Source of the DNA: an uncultured Acidobacteriaceae bacterium
GTDB lineage: Bacteria; Acidobacteriota; Terriglobia; Terriglobales; Acidobacteriaceae
DNA length: 64,000 bases
Assembly (NCBI GenBank): GCA_964245435.1
Contig: CAXTMF010000008.1
Span: 32,772-96,771 of the forward strand
Direction of reading: 5' to 3'
A program made the position numbers and the translations under genes. The notes below the pieces were generated by a model, which was not told the DNA's origin, ran no database searches, and saw only the letters and a list, made by a program, of their open reading frames with translations. Below, piece after piece: positions 28,701-38,190 of the stretch (position 1 is the first letter of the stretch; each line of letters starts with the position of its first letter).

Positions 28701-29698
28701 CCGGGCATGAAGCCGCACTGCAGGCGAGCCGCGTAGAGGCTGAAGCGCGGGTTCAGACGTTGAACGACGAGGCCCGAACGCTGCGGTCCAAGCTCGTCGA
28801 AGCAGAGACGCAACTGAAGCAGTTACGGACGGCAACCGAGGCGGCGCGTGAGCAGAGGGCTGCGCACGCGAGCACAGCGGCGCGGCTCACGGCTGAGCTC
28901 TCCCATCTAACCGAGGTCTGCGTGGCCGACCTTGGAGTGGAGGCAAACATCCTACGCGGGATGCTTGCGGCCGGCGGCGTTGAGCGGCTCGCGCCGGAGA
29001 CGCTGCGAGTCGAGGACGAAAGCTGCCGCGAAAGAAAGCGGCGTCTTGAAGCGATGGGTCCGGTCAATATGATGGCGCTCGAAGAGTTCAAGGAAACCGA
29101 GACGCGCCACCAGTTCCTGGAGACGCAGCGCAAGGATCTTCTGGACTCGATCGAGAACACCCGCTCCACGATCCGGGAGCTCGACAGCGTCTCGCGGCTC
29201 AAGTTTGACGAAGCGTTCGCACGTATCAATGAGAACTTCAGGGAAGTCTTCGCCCGCCTGTTCGGCGGCGGCCAGGCGTCGATGCGGCTGACGGACGAGG
29301 AAAGTTCAGGAGATTCCGGCATCGACATCGTCGCGCAGCCGCCGGGCAAGAAGCTGCAGAATGTCTTTCTACTATCGGGCGGCGAAAAGGCGCTCACTGC
29401 TCTTTCGCTGCTCATGGCTATCTTCATGTACCAGCCGGCGCCTTTCTGCGTGCTGGACGAGGTAGATGCGCCACTCGACGAGACCAACGTAGGACGGCTC
29501 GCGGAGATGTTGCGCTCCATGGCGGCCGACACGCAGTTCGTGATGGTGACTCACTCGAAGCGCATGATGACTGCGGCCGACATGATCTACGGAGTCACCA
29601 TGCAGGAGCCTGGCGTGTCAAAACTGGTGAGTGTTCGGCTAACTGGTTCTGATGGTGCAACGCGGCGACCAGCCCAGCGGGCTCTTGCCCTGGCGTAG
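25781..29698 (+). CDS. smc: Chromosome segregation protein SMC
   Basis: Walker A GPNGCGKSN, long coiled coils, a hinge, C-terminal signature LSGGEKALTALSL and Walker B FCVLDEVDAPLD. TTG start, 1305 aa. Confidence 0.95.
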   Translation: MLKLKKIQILGFKSFCDKTEVALPGDGIAVVVGPNGCGKSNILDGVTWVLGEQSAKSLRGGKMEDVIFAGTRERRALGMAEVSITLIDPEAYGSGSLTGDQTNAATAASSSDGDWDEAALRASKADEVEQIIAASQPGPVPAERETTEPEQGEPSYGAFEEEPGPGDEVVLKIRRRKFQKTAQRGEIVVTRRLFRTGDSEYLLNGKLCRLADIRDIFMGTGLGPESYAIIGQERIGQLLSSKPHDRRAIIEEAAGITRFKTKKRLSELRLEQARQNLARIDDIFDEVAKQMVMLRRQAAKAERYGALRDELQAKLRVVLASKLAGLDEDTAAAAAAIAALTVEIDGQSGTMESLQAEVTEGQERGYALDLQAKEQSRIASESAIELERARNRQSSNAERIAELEARLATAGTELDQAREQLTSLTTERAQGQQFLASVAAETETFRTQASRQQTAARDASAAVGQAEGRVEAARREATQLLHQLGQVRREQAQAEESLAAVDRDASRLEGELSAARRELDALGVERGQVSLRFESASETLKRIETEVGSLRADVVTKRAEEQEAKHRTDGLRAERATLAGRRNSLDALLREHSYSTDTVKKLLKASTLADGLKPVGTLADFLEVGEQYESVVDEFLRDELNYIVVKSWDAADAGLSLLRTGSSAGKDAGVDGRATFLVHPDDSQARFSFAANASGALAPKQGVVGLKDCIRVLNGFGKSLEVILPKLRDGYVTPDAETARTLALENPDAFFLAPGGECFHNVTVTGGKPRAEGPLALKRELRDAQTKLSSVEEQLAAAETHSATLARTLAELTHRIDNSTEERRIAERESAHEGAALRQMDGERQRLERRLAEWTLQGERARTQHEEKAALIARKADESARLQSSHSAVEARQEELRQAVAAARQARDEAQAAAAKLSAELAGLEERRRGATASFERLDRIFAEAERRGKQLEQLIGSAQAEQGQRESENSSLAGHEAALQASRVEAEARVQTLNDEARTLRSKLVEAETQLKQLRTATEAAREQRAAHASTAARLTAELSHLTEVCVADLGVEANILRGMLAAGGVERLAPETLRVEDESCRERKRRLEAMGPVNMMALEEFKETETRHQFLETQRKDLLDSIENTRSTIRELDSVSRLKFDEAFARINENFREVFARLFGGGQASMRLTDEESSGDSGIDIVAQPPGKKLQNVFLLSGGEKALTALSLLMAIFMYQPAPFCVLDEVDAPLDETNVGRLAEMLRSMAADTQFVMVTHSKRMMTAADMIYGVTMQEPGVSKLVSVRLTGSDGATRRPAQRALALA

Positions 29699-29745
29699 CG
29701 CCAAAGTACCTACCGGCATTCGTGTGGATGGGCGGTCAGAACGTC

Positions 29746-30924
29746 CTACTCAGTCGCCACTGTAACCGGCTCAGGCGGCGGCGCTGATGGCCGGGTAAAC
29801 CGGTCCTGCCAGCGATCCTTGAGACTCAGGATCGGTCCCTCAAAATAGCGCCGCGAAAGATAGGCGAGCCCGGTTGAGATCCCGATGCAGAGCAACACCA
29901 CGGGTGCGTAAAACGCTATCCTGTCGGTTACGCTTGGCGAGTAATGATGTTCGATCAGTCCGCGAGTTTTCGCGAAGACAAAGACGTTGACTAGGTAGAG
30001 CCCGTAGCTGATGTAGCCGAAGAATGGCAGCACTCCCCGTGAATCCGTGCGTCCGGTACGTATCAGGCGGGCGTGGTCGCGGCTCAGGCCAACGAGAATG
30101 AGACCGCAAGCGCCCCAGCAGAAGGGCAGATCGCCAAGGGCATCCAGCGTCGCTCCAAAGTGAAAAGCTGCTAGCCAGATGATCAGAGCGATAAGCGCGG
30201 AGCTGACTGCGAGGAGTATGCCCCCGATACGGGCGGCATTCTCCAGATGGATCCGTTCCGTTTGGACGAGCAGCGAGAGAAGCGCTCCATAGGCGATGAA
30301 ATCCAGAACAAATGGGGTCTTGTAGTGAATATCAATGTGCGAGCTGATGTGCGCAGCTATGAGCCTTAGTAGAGGCTCACCAGCCAGTGTAAGGCAGAGC
30401 AAGATGAACAGCGTACGCTCGCGCAGCCTGCGAACGCAGGTGGGCCAGAGTAAATAAAAGTGCTCCTCGACGGCAAGCGACCAGAGTGAACCATACTCGT
30501 TAAGCGGCGCTCCGAAGATACGAGAAAAGTTGGCCAGGAAGAGGACAGCAGCCACTACAAAACGCCAGTCGACTGTATGCGCGAGTTTCAGGACAGCAAG
30601 CATCAAAAGGTAGACTGGCAAAATGCGAAGCACTCGGCGGAGATAGAAGTTTTGATAAAAATCCCGACGATCTCGCGCCTTCATCAGCAAACCAGTGATG
30701 AGAAAGCCGGAGAGCACAAAGAAAACATCGACACCGAAGCGCCCACATGCCAGGAAGCTAGTAACCAAGGCGCCAACTCTTAATCCAAAAAGAAGCTGCC
30801 ACTTATAACTGCCAAAGCCGTGGAAGAGAACAACCATCAACACTGCCAATCCACGAATGGAGTCAAGCGATGGCATGTGTCTGAGAATCAGGGATCGCGG
30901 CGGAGTCCCGGCAATCGGCGTCAT
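29746..30924 (-). CDS. Acyltransferase family 3 (OafA-like) membrane protein
   Basis: 392 aa, about 10 TM, with the typical N-terminus LDSIRGLAVLMVVLFH. Confidence 0.85.
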   Translation of the reverse strand: MTPIAGTPPRSLILRHMPSLDSIRGLAVLMVVLFHGFGSYKWQLLFGLRVGALVTSFLACGRFGVDVFFVLSGFLITGLLMKARDRRDFYQNFYLRRVLRILPVYLLMLAVLKLAHTVDWRFVVAAVLFLANFSRIFGAPLNEYGSLWSLAVEEHFYLLWPTCVRRLRERTLFILLCLTLAGEPLLRLIAAHISSHIDIHYKTPFVLDFIAYGALLSLLVQTERIHLENAARIGGILLAVSSALIALIIWLAAFHFGATLDALGDLPFCWGACGLILVGLSRDHARLIRTGRTDSRGVLPFFGYISYGLYLVNVFVFAKTRGLIEHHYSPSVTDRIAFYAPVVLLCIGISTGLAYLSRRYFEGPILSLKDRWQDRFTRPSAPPPEPVTVATE

Positions 30925-31007
30925 AGATCCTCGTGGGTAGGTCGGCCTAGTCTCGCCATTATCGCCTAGGTATCCAAGGAGACAAAGCGCACGAATCGGA
31001 AGAAGCT

Positions 31008-31051
31008 AACAAGAAAGGGAGCGCAGCGGTCGCCGCCCTCCCTCTCTTGTT
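31008..31051 (-). terminator. Intrinsic-terminator-like hairpin after lon
   Basis: 14-bp stem with one mismatch (AACAAGAAAGGGAG 31008-31021 with CTCCCTCTCTTGTT 31038-31051). It lies 18 nt downstream of the lon stop, followed on the minus strand by AGCUUCUUCC. Confidence 0.55.
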
Positions 31052-31069
31052 AGTGCTCCAGTCTGTTGA

Positions 31070-33526
31070 TCAGGCGTCCGCGTGCTCCAACACTTCTTCG
31101 CGCACTACCTCGTCGACGCGCTCCTCCAGGCTGTTTTTCGGCAGAGCGACAGCTAAAACGTCCTCGATACGCTTGGCGTAATGGATCTCGACGCCTTCAA
31201 CCTGCTCCGGCGTAAGATCCTCCTCAACATTCTGCTGCACATCAGCAGGCAGGATGACGCGCTTGACTCCGGCTCGCTTAGCCGCAAGAAATTTCTCCTT
31301 AATGCCCCCGACCGGCAGCACGTTGCCCGAAAGCGTGATTTCGCCTGTCATCGCGATGAGCGGGTGCACGGGCCGGTCTGTCAGGAGCGATACCAGCGCT
31401 GTTGCCATGGTGACGCCCGCAGAAGGTCCGTCCTTTGGAATCGCGCCTGCCGGTACGTGGATATGAAGGTCGATCTCCCTGGTAAAGTCCTCCGACAAAC
31501 CGATAGAGCTTGCATTGGAGCGAACCCAGGTAAGCGCGGCCTGCATCGACTCCTGCATGACCTGGCCGATTTGCCCGGTCATGGTGAAGCCGCCTTTACC
31601 CTTCATCCGGTTCGCTTCGATGAACAAGACGTCACCGCCCGCCGGTGTCCAGGCCAAACCTACCGCGACTCCCGGACGTGCTGTCCGCTCAGCAATCTCG
31701 GTATCGACCCGTACCTTGATGCCGCCGAGGAACTCCTGCACTGTTTCGCGGGTCACAACCAGCCTGTCCGTCTTGCCCTCTGCGATACGGCGCGCCTGCT
31801 TGCGGCAGATGGTACCGATCAACTGCTCGAGGCGCCGCACGCCTGCTTCGCGGGTGTAATGCCGCACGATGAAGCCGATCGAGTCCTCCGGGATCTCAAT
31901 CTGATCAGGAGTAAGTCCGTTCTCCTTGGTTTGCCGCGGCACGATGTACCGGGTCGCGATATGCCGCTTTTCTTCTTCCGAGTAGCCCGAGAGCTCGATA
32001 ATCTCCATCCGGTCGCGGAGCGGATCGGGGATCGTATCGAGCTGGTTCGCGGTGCAGATAAAGAGCACCTTGGAAAGATCAAAAGGCTGATCCAGGTAGT
32101 TGTCACGGAAGGTCGCGTTCTGCTCCGGATCGAGCGTCTCAAGCAGCGCCGACGATGGGTCGCCCCTGAAATCCCGACCGAGCTTATCGATCTCATCGAG
32201 CAGCATCACCGGATCGTTCGAGCCGGCACGGCGCAGATTCTGGATGATCTGACCAGGCAGTGCGCCGATATAGGTGCGGCGATGCCCACGGATCTCCGCT
32301 TCATCGTGCATGCCGCCAAGTGAAAGCCGCTGAAACTTGCGGCCCAACGAACGCGCGATCGAGCGACCAAGCGAGGTCTTACCCACGCCTGGAGGCCCGA
32401 CAAAGCACAAAATAGGCCCTTTCATGTCCGGCTTGAGCCGGCGAACCGCTAGGTAGTCAAGGATGCGGTCTTTGACCTTGCGCAGCTCGTAGTGGTCCTC
32501 ATCAAGGACCTCTTTCGCAAGCAGCAGGTCGATGGTGCCGCCGGTGCTCTTGGCCCAGGGCAGCACGGCCAACCACTCGATGTAGTTGCGTGTCAGCGAG
32601 TAATCGGCGGCCATAGGTGACATGCGTGCTAGGCGGTTGAGCTCTTTCAAAGCCTCCTTCCTGGTTTCCTCTGGCATCCCGGCCGCCTCGATCTTCTCGC
32701 GCAGTTCCTCGATGTCACGCTGGCCCTCGTCGCCCTCGCCGAGTTCCTTCTGGATGGCCTTCATCTGCTCGCGAAGGTAGTAGTCCCGCTGCGACTGCTG
32801 GACCTGGTCCTGGACCTCGGACTGGATCTTGTTGCGCAGGGACTGCACCTCAACTTCTTTCGCCAGGTGCTTGTTTACGCGCTCCAGGCGCTTCTGCACG
32901 TCCGCTGTTTCAAGAAGCTCCTGCTTTTCGGCGGTCGAGAGAAACGGCAAGGAAGCCGAAACGAAGTCTGCCAGCCGGGCGCCATCTTCAATCTGGGCAG
33001 CGATCGCCTGCAGCTCGTCGGAAAGGGTCGGAGAAGCCGCCACAATGGTCTGGAAATCAGAAACAATATTGCGCTGCAGAGCCTCAAGCTCCGGATTGGC
33101 TGTCGGAGAAACCTCCGGTACAGCCTCCACAGAGGCGGTCATGAACGGCTCGAGCTGCTCAAAATCGTCAAGCTTGACGCGCTCCACGCCCTCGGTAAAG
33201 ACAAAAAGGCTCTGGTTCGGCATCTTGACGACCTTGTGAATGGTCGCGACTGTGCCATAGGTGTGGAGGTCGGAAGGCTGCGGCGCATCCTGGCGCGAGT
33301 CACGCTGGGCGACCACAACGATCGTTTTCTCCTCGCCCAGAGACTGAATCAACTGGATCGAGCCTTCCCGGCCGACGGTCAACGGCAGAACGGCATGAGG
33401 AAAGAGAACAGTATCGCGTAAGGGTAATACCGGCAGCGTCCGCTTGTTGTTGCTGTTACGCTCGCCCGCCTCGACCCGCGGTCCGGAGCTACTGGGACGG
33501 ATGATACTTAGGAAGTCATTTGGCAT
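31070..33526 (-). CDS. lon: ATP-dependent Lon protease (endopeptidase La)
   Basis: LON N-domain, AAA+ Walker [10 protein letters not shown], and a C-terminal protease domain with PKDGPSAG (catalytic Ser). 818 aa. Confidence 0.95.
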   Translation of the reverse strand: MPNDFLSIIRPSSSGPRVEAGERNSNNKRTLPVLPLRDTVLFPHAVLPLTVGREGSIQLIQSLGEEKTIVVVAQRDSRQDAPQPSDLHTYGTVATIHKVVKMPNQSLFVFTEGVERVKLDDFEQLEPFMTASVEAVPEVSPTANPELEALQRNIVSDFQTIVAASPTLSDELQAIAAQIEDGARLADFVSASLPFLSTAEKQELLETADVQKRLERVNKHLAKEVEVQSLRNKIQSEVQDQVQQSQRDYYLREQMKAIQKELGEGDEGQRDIEELREKIEAAGMPEETRKEALKELNRLARMSPMAADYSLTRNYIEWLAVLPWAKSTGGTIDLLLAKEVLDEDHYELRKVKDRILDYLAVRRLKPDMKGPILCFVGPPGVGKTSLGRSIARSLGRKFQRLSLGGMHDEAEIRGHRRTYIGALPGQIIQNLRRAGSNDPVMLLDEIDKLGRDFRGDPSSALLETLDPEQNATFRDNYLDQPFDLSKVLFICTANQLDTIPDPLRDRMEIIELSGYSEEEKRHIATRYIVPRQTKENGLTPDQIEIPEDSIGFIVRHYTREAGVRRLEQLIGTICRKQARRIAEGKTDRLVVTRETVQEFLGGIKVRVDTEIAERTARPGVAVGLAWTPAGGDVLFIEANRMKGKGGFTMTGQIGQVMQESMQAALTWVRSNASSIGLSEDFTREIDLHIHVPAGAIPKDGPSAGVTMATALVSLLTDRPVHPLIAMTGEITLSGNVLPVGGIKEKFLAAKRAGVKRVILPADVQQNVEEDLTPEQVEGVEIHYAKRIEDVLAVALPKNSLEERVDEVVREEVLEHADA

Positions 33527-33580
33527 GAGTGTACCTTTATCAAGTTACTTCCATTCGACGCCCGCACATCCTCGAAAGAT

Positions 33581-33628
33581 GCAGAAGAAAGAACCAGCAG
33601 GCTTACCCACAGGATGGGAAACCTGCTG
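33581..33628 (-). terminator. Hairpin plus U-rich tail between pheA and lon
   Basis: CAGCAGG (33595-33601) pairs with CCTGCTG (33622-33628), with an inner CCCA/TGGG stem. On the minus strand GUUCUUUCUUCUGC follows. Confidence 0.4.
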
Positions 33629-33775
33629 CTGAAGGAAGTAGTGCTTCCGGAGCCCTTTCTTTGGGGCCGCTCTCGTCTTCCTGTTGTATCGGCTGACGAG
33701 GTCAGGCCATGAGGGAAAGCAGCCTAGCTGGGGCACCAAGGTACTCGCACGCCTGCGGGAACGCTTGCCCGGTCA

Positions 33776-34645
33776 CTACTTGCCTGCTTGAGGCAGAGGC
33801 GCTGCTGCGTAGCGGCCCAGCTGCTTGAGAAAAGAGCACCGTCCGGCTAGCTCTGCGAGCGCCTGCTCGGCGGCCGCGCTGCTTTCGATCTGGTAATCCG
33901 TGTAGAAGACGTACTCCCAAGGCGAGCCAGGCACCGGACGAGACTCAAGCCGGGTGAGGTTAAGCTGGTGCCGCGCAAAGATCTCAAGGGCGGCCACAAG
34001 CGCACCGGGGCGATTGGGCACTCCAAAGGCCAGCGATACTTTGTCCGCCGGCTGTTCTTCCCTGACGAGCCAAGCCTCAGCGACCGTGCCAGCCGACTCA
34101 GATCGCAGCAGCAGGAAACGCGTGTAATTTGCGGGATTATCCTCGATGCCGGCCAGCAGGACCTCACCGCCATGCTCTTCAGCTGCTTGTTCCCCGGCAA
34201 TACCGGCCACCGGAGAGCCGCTGCTTCCGCCATGCGCAACAGCGTGTGCCGCCGCTCCTGCTGTGTCGTAGAACGGAAGCGCCCGCAAGGCGGGGTGGGC
34301 AGCAAAGAAGCTACGACACTGGGCCAGCGCGACCGGGTGTGAGTAAACCTCGCGTACCGCATCGAGTGGCACCCCGGGAGCTACGATCAGGCTGTGCCGG
34401 ATGCGCAGCAGGAGCTCCGCCGCGATCACGACCGCGTGAGCGAGCAACAGGTCGTAGTGCTCCAGCACCGAACCCGCCAGCGAGTTCTCGATAGGAATAA
34501 CAGCACAGTCTGCGCGGCCACTCGTGAGTTCGTCAAAGACCTGCGAGGAGAGCGCGCAGGAGCGAAGCTCGTTTAACGATGGGACGAGCAGCCGGGCTGC
34601 CTGGTGGCTGAACGAGCCCTTTTCTCCCTGGATCGCAACACGCAT
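33776..34645 (-). CDS. pheA: Prephenate dehydratase
   Basis: PDT domain plus a C-terminal ACT domain with the LTRLESRP motif. 289 aa. Confidence 0.85.
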   Translation of the reverse strand: MRVAIQGEKGSFSHQAARLLVPSLNELRSCALSSQVFDELTSGRADCAVIPIENSLAGSVLEHYDLLLAHAVVIAAELLLRIRHSLIVAPGVPLDAVREVYSHPVALAQCRSFFAAHPALRALPFYDTAGAAAHAVAHGGSSGSPVAGIAGEQAAEEHGGEVLLAGIEDNPANYTRFLLLRSESAGTVAEAWLVREEQPADKVSLAFGVPNRPGALVAALEIFARHQLNLTRLESRPVPGSPWEYVFYTDYQIESSAAAEQALAELAGRCSFLKQLGRYAAAPLPQAGK

Positions 34646-34771
34646 CTGCCTCTCCTTTTTCGGTCTTTCAGGAACTCTTCCGCGGCGAAAACTTGCTCCT
34701 CACGCAACCGTGGATTGTCCGCGTGCAACATATTGTTTCGAGAAGGTAAAAGCTGTTTTACGGAGAGACTT

Positions 34772-34924
34772 ATGCTTTGGACGATCTTTGTCGTGCTGCT
34801 CGTTTTATGGTTGGTCGGTCTGGTTAGCTTCCACGCCGTAGGTGCTTACATTCATATTCTTCTGGTCCTAGCCGTTATTGTGCTGCTCATCCAGCTGATC
34901 ACCGGCCGCCGCTCCGCCCTTTAG
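34772..34924 (+). CDS. Small two-TM membrane protein (lmo0937-family-like)
   Basis: The 50 aa from ATG 34772 read MLWTIFVVLLVLWLVGLVSFHAVGAYIHILLVLAVIVLLIQLITGRRSAL, which matches the conserved pattern of this small-protein family. The upstream part of the 106-aa ORF looks non-coding. Confidence 0.6.
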   Translation: MLWTIFVVLLVLWLVGLVSFHAVGAYIHILLVLAVIVLLIQLITGRRSAL

Positions 34925-35028
34925 CTGACATAAGGGGTCGGGTTCGCTCCCGAGCATGCCTTAGTTCTCACCGTCGCGAGTGTGACATTTCGCCGGAAAG
35001 CCGCTTGACACGGAGCGCGAGCGCAGAG

Positions 35029-35904
35029 TCAGGCGGCCCGGTGCCTCTCCACGAAAACCGCGACCGCAATCCCGGCGAAGAATACAAACGAGATGATGCC
35101 GTTGAGCGTGAAGAATGCGGCATTCATCCGTCTTAGATCGCCTGGGGAGATGATAGCGTGCTCGTAGGCAAGCAGGCCCGCCACCAGTAGTACCGCTACA
35201 CAGCCCGTCGCTCCCAGCGCAAATAAATGCGCAAGCCAGAATAAGAGACCGAGCATCGTGATGTGCATGAAGCGCGCTATCATGAACGCCGCCGGAATGC
35301 CGAACTTGGACGGCACAGAGTGGAGCCCGCACTCCCGGTCATGCGCCGCGTCCTGGCAGCTATAAAAGACGTCAAAACCGGCTACCCAGAACAGCACCGC
35401 CCCTGAGAGCACCAGAATGCGAGGATCGAGCGATCCCCTAACGGCAATCCAGGCAGCCGAGGGCGCGATCCCCAGGGCCAAGCCGAGGAACAGGTGCGAC
35501 CAGCGCGTAAAGCGCTTTGTGTAGGAGTAAAGAAGCACGATGGCCAGCGCCAGCGGGGAAAGTAGCAAGGTAAGCCGGTTGAGCTGAGCCGCAGCAAGGA
35601 TGAAGCAGAGCGCGGAAAAAAGGGTAAAGCCACCAACAAACGGCCGGGACAGTGTGCCGGCCGGGATAGCGCGCATCGCTGTGCGTGGGTTGGCCGCGTC
35701 CAGAGAGGCATCCACCCAGCGATTGAAGGCCATCGCCGCCGAACGTGCTGAGACCATGCAGACCACAATCCAGACCAGCTGCATCGGGTGAGGCCAGCCA
35801 TTCGCCGCCAAGATCGCCGCGGTCAGCGCGAAGGGGAGCGCAAAGATGGAGTGCTCCCACTTAATCATCTCCAGCGTGATGCCGACAGAACGAATCAGAG
35901 CCAT
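35029..35904 (-). CDS. UbiA-family aromatic prenyltransferase (4-hydroxybenzoate polyprenyltransferase-like)
   Basis: NRWVDASLDAANPRTAMRAIP (N-x2-D-x3-D motif), a second Asp-rich block YSCQDAAHD, about 9 TM. Confidence 0.85.
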   Translation of the reverse strand: MALIRSVGITLEMIKWEHSIFALPFALTAAILAANGWPHPMQLVWIVVCMVSARSAAMAFNRWVDASLDAANPRTAMRAIPAGTLSRPFVGGFTLFSALCFILAAAQLNRLTLLLSPLALAIVLLYSYTKRFTRWSHLFLGLALGIAPSAAWIAVRGSLDPRILVLSGAVLFWVAGFDVFYSCQDAAHDRECGLHSVPSKFGIPAAFMIARFMHITMLGLLFWLAHLFALGATGCVAVLLVAGLLAYEHAIISPGDLRRMNAAFFTLNGIISFVFFAGIAVAVFVERHRAA

Positions 35905-36074
35905 ATCCTGAGTTTACTCAGTAGACGGGAGCGGCCTGCGGCGGACGACTCGGCCGATACCCACTCACTGGAGCTCCGGCCGGTCCCGGATGCAGGCCGA
36001 AGCATCCTTTCTGTGCTGCTGGAGCCAGGCTCCTCTTTGATCTGCATGGCAACGCGGGAGAATAGAAGGACCTT

Positions 36075-37252
36075 ATGCGAAAACCCCTGCTCGCCCTGGC
36101 TGTATCTGCATTCGGCATTGGAACTTCGGAGTTCATCATCATGGGGTTGCTGCCAGATCTCTCGCGCAGCCTCCATGTCAGCATCCCGAAAGCCGGTCTG
36201 CTCGTCTCTGGCTATGCGATCAGCGTTACTCTTGGCTCGCCCGTCGTCGCGCTGCTGCTGTCCCGTCTCGATCGCAAACGGGCGCTCCTCATTCTCATGG
36301 GTATCTTCCTGCTCGGGAACGCGCTTTGCGCGCTCGCGCCTACCTACTCGCTGCTGCTGTGCGCACGTATCCTTACCGCCCTGTGCCACGGTGCTTTCTT
36401 CGGGATCGGCAGCATCGTGGCAACGCATGTGGTGCCGCGCTCAGAGCGGGCCCAGGCAATCGCACTCATGTTCAGCGGCCTGACCCTGGCAAACGTGCTT
36501 GGAGTACCGGCCGGCACAGCACTGGGCCAGGCTTTTGGGTGGCGCTTCGCGTTTTGGGCGTTGATTCCAGTCGGCCTGATCGCCGCGCTCGGTTTGCTGC
36601 GCCTGGTACCGTACCAGAAGCCAGAGAAGATCCATCTCCGGCATGAGTTTCACGCCTTGATGCGGACCGAGGTCCAGCTGGTACTGCTACTCAGCACCCT
36701 TTCGTCGGTCTCGCTCTTCTGCGTGCTTACCTATATCGCGCCGATTCTTGAGAAGGTCACCCGTCTCTCGCCGGGAGCTGTCAGCTGGGTTCTCGTCGTT
36801 TTCGGCGCCGGCATTACGCTCGGCAACCTGCTGGTGGGCGCCTTGCAGACTGGCGGCAGATGCCGGTCATCCTGGGCGGGATTGTGCTGCTGATCGGCAT
36901 CTTCGTGCTGATGCCTTTCTCTGAGTCGCACACTTTTCCCGCTATCACGATGATCTTCGTCTGGGGTTTTGTACAGTTCGCGGCGGGTGCTCCGCTGCAG
37001 GCACGCGTTGTCGATCAGGCGCAGGGCGCTCCGAACCTGGCCTCGACCCTGAACCAGGGCGCGTTCAATCTCGGGAACGCTCTGGGGGCGAGCCTGGGCG
37101 GCGTCGTACTAACAGCGGGGCTTGGCTACCGAGCGCTCGCGCCTGTCAGCGCGGCTGTAGCTTGCATCGCACTGTGTGTTGCGTTGTACGCACTCCGGTT
37201 GGAGCGTCGTGAGGCGCGCGCGAACGAGCCTGTCGAGGTGTTTCAGGTCTAG
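36075..37252 (+). pseudogene. MFS transporter (sugar/drug efflux, YdhP/NepI-like) interrupted by a -1 frameshift
   Basis: ORFs 36075-36893 and 36860-37252 are the two halves of one 12-TM MFS protein. Frame C across 36832-36880 reads GGRLADWRQMPVILGG, which is the expected G-x-x-x-GGRLAD loop. One G appears to be missing in CTGGTGGG at 36831-36838. Confidence 0.7.
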
Positions 37253-37341
37253 AAGAGTGCGCGAAGCCTGGTCCAATTGGCAGAGTGGGGGAGGGCCCGG
37301 CGGTGCTTCTATGAGATGCCCCGCCTGGTGCATCCATAGCA

Positions 37342-38136
37342 CTACCTGCTGCTGCTCTCCGGACCGCCCGCGACCTGGAGGTTGTTGACGACCTTGAAGA
37401 CGCCTGGAACAGTGTTGGCGCGGATGCCGGCGGCGTCCTTGTCGGCCTGAGAGTCCACTACGCCGTAGAGGGTCAGGTTTCCGCTCTGGACGGAGATCCG
37501 GATCGGCTTCGCAGGGTCAATAGCGTACTTGTTCAGGCTGGGAAAGCCGTAGATCGTGCGAAACGCCTGGAGGCGGATGCGGTCGTCAATGGGCGAGACC
37601 GGATCTACTTGAATGTCATTGATGACGTCTCGAACACCCTTGGTGTTGCTTGCGACAGCCACTGCCGAGTCAGCGTCTACCGGCCCATAAGCCTGGCCGC
37701 CAAGCGTTACGACTCCCCCTTGGACACCGACCGAGATGGCATTGAATGCCGTGGTCCCGTAACCCACACGGTCGTACTGGATAGCCTTGAGGAGCTTACT
37801 TCGCAGATCGGCGTCGGAGATTTCAGGCGCGTTCACCTGTACCTCATTGTCGACTGCCTGCACCCCCTTGACCCTGCGGGCACGCTTGCCTGCCTCTTCC
37901 TTAGCGTCGAAAACGTCTACGGTGCCGGTAAGAACCGCGACGTTACCCTGTGCCGTACTCTTGACAGAGCCATGTACGCCACTGAGCTGCTTCTTGTTCA
38001 GCGCTTTCGTGAGCGCCGCCTCAAGAGATGAGCTGTCACCCTGCCCATGCGCAACCGGCATGCCAAAAGTGAGTACGCTTACTAGCAGACCGGTAATCCA
38101 CCTGAGGTTACCCCGCATCGTCTTGCTCCTTGCCAA
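37342..38136 (-). CDS. Periplasmic BON-domain protein (three BON repeats, OsmY-like)
   Basis: Signal peptide ending MPVAHGQ, then three repeats each ending in V.....V.N.(I/L)QV (e.g. GVQAVDNEVQV, GVRDVINDIQV, GVFKVVNNLQV). Confidence 0.8.
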   Translation of the reverse strand: MARSKTMRGNLRWITGLLVSVLTFGMPVAHGQGDSSSLEAALTKALNKKQLSGVHGSVKSTAQGNVAVLTGTVDVFDAKEEAGKRARRVKGVQAVDNEVQVNAPEISDADLRSKLLKAIQYDRVGYGTTAFNAISVGVQGGVVTLGGQAYGPVDADSAVAVASNTKGVRDVINDIQVDPVSPIDDRIRLQAFRTIYGFPSLNKYAIDPAKPIRISVQSGNLTLYGVVDSQADKDAAGIRANTVPGVFKVVNNLQVAGGPESSSR

Positions 38137-38190
38137 CGAGAGTTAGAAGCGCCCCCACGTTATGAACCGTTTTCGCCGGAAAAGTTGTTT

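Noticed and set aside
33527-33775. Heat-shock control elements (CIRCE or a sigma-32 promoter) upstream of lon
   Set aside because: There is no TTAGCACTC-N9-GAGTGCTAA-like inverted repeat. The only CTTGA-like match lies too close to the start codon. Only terminator-like hairpins were seen.
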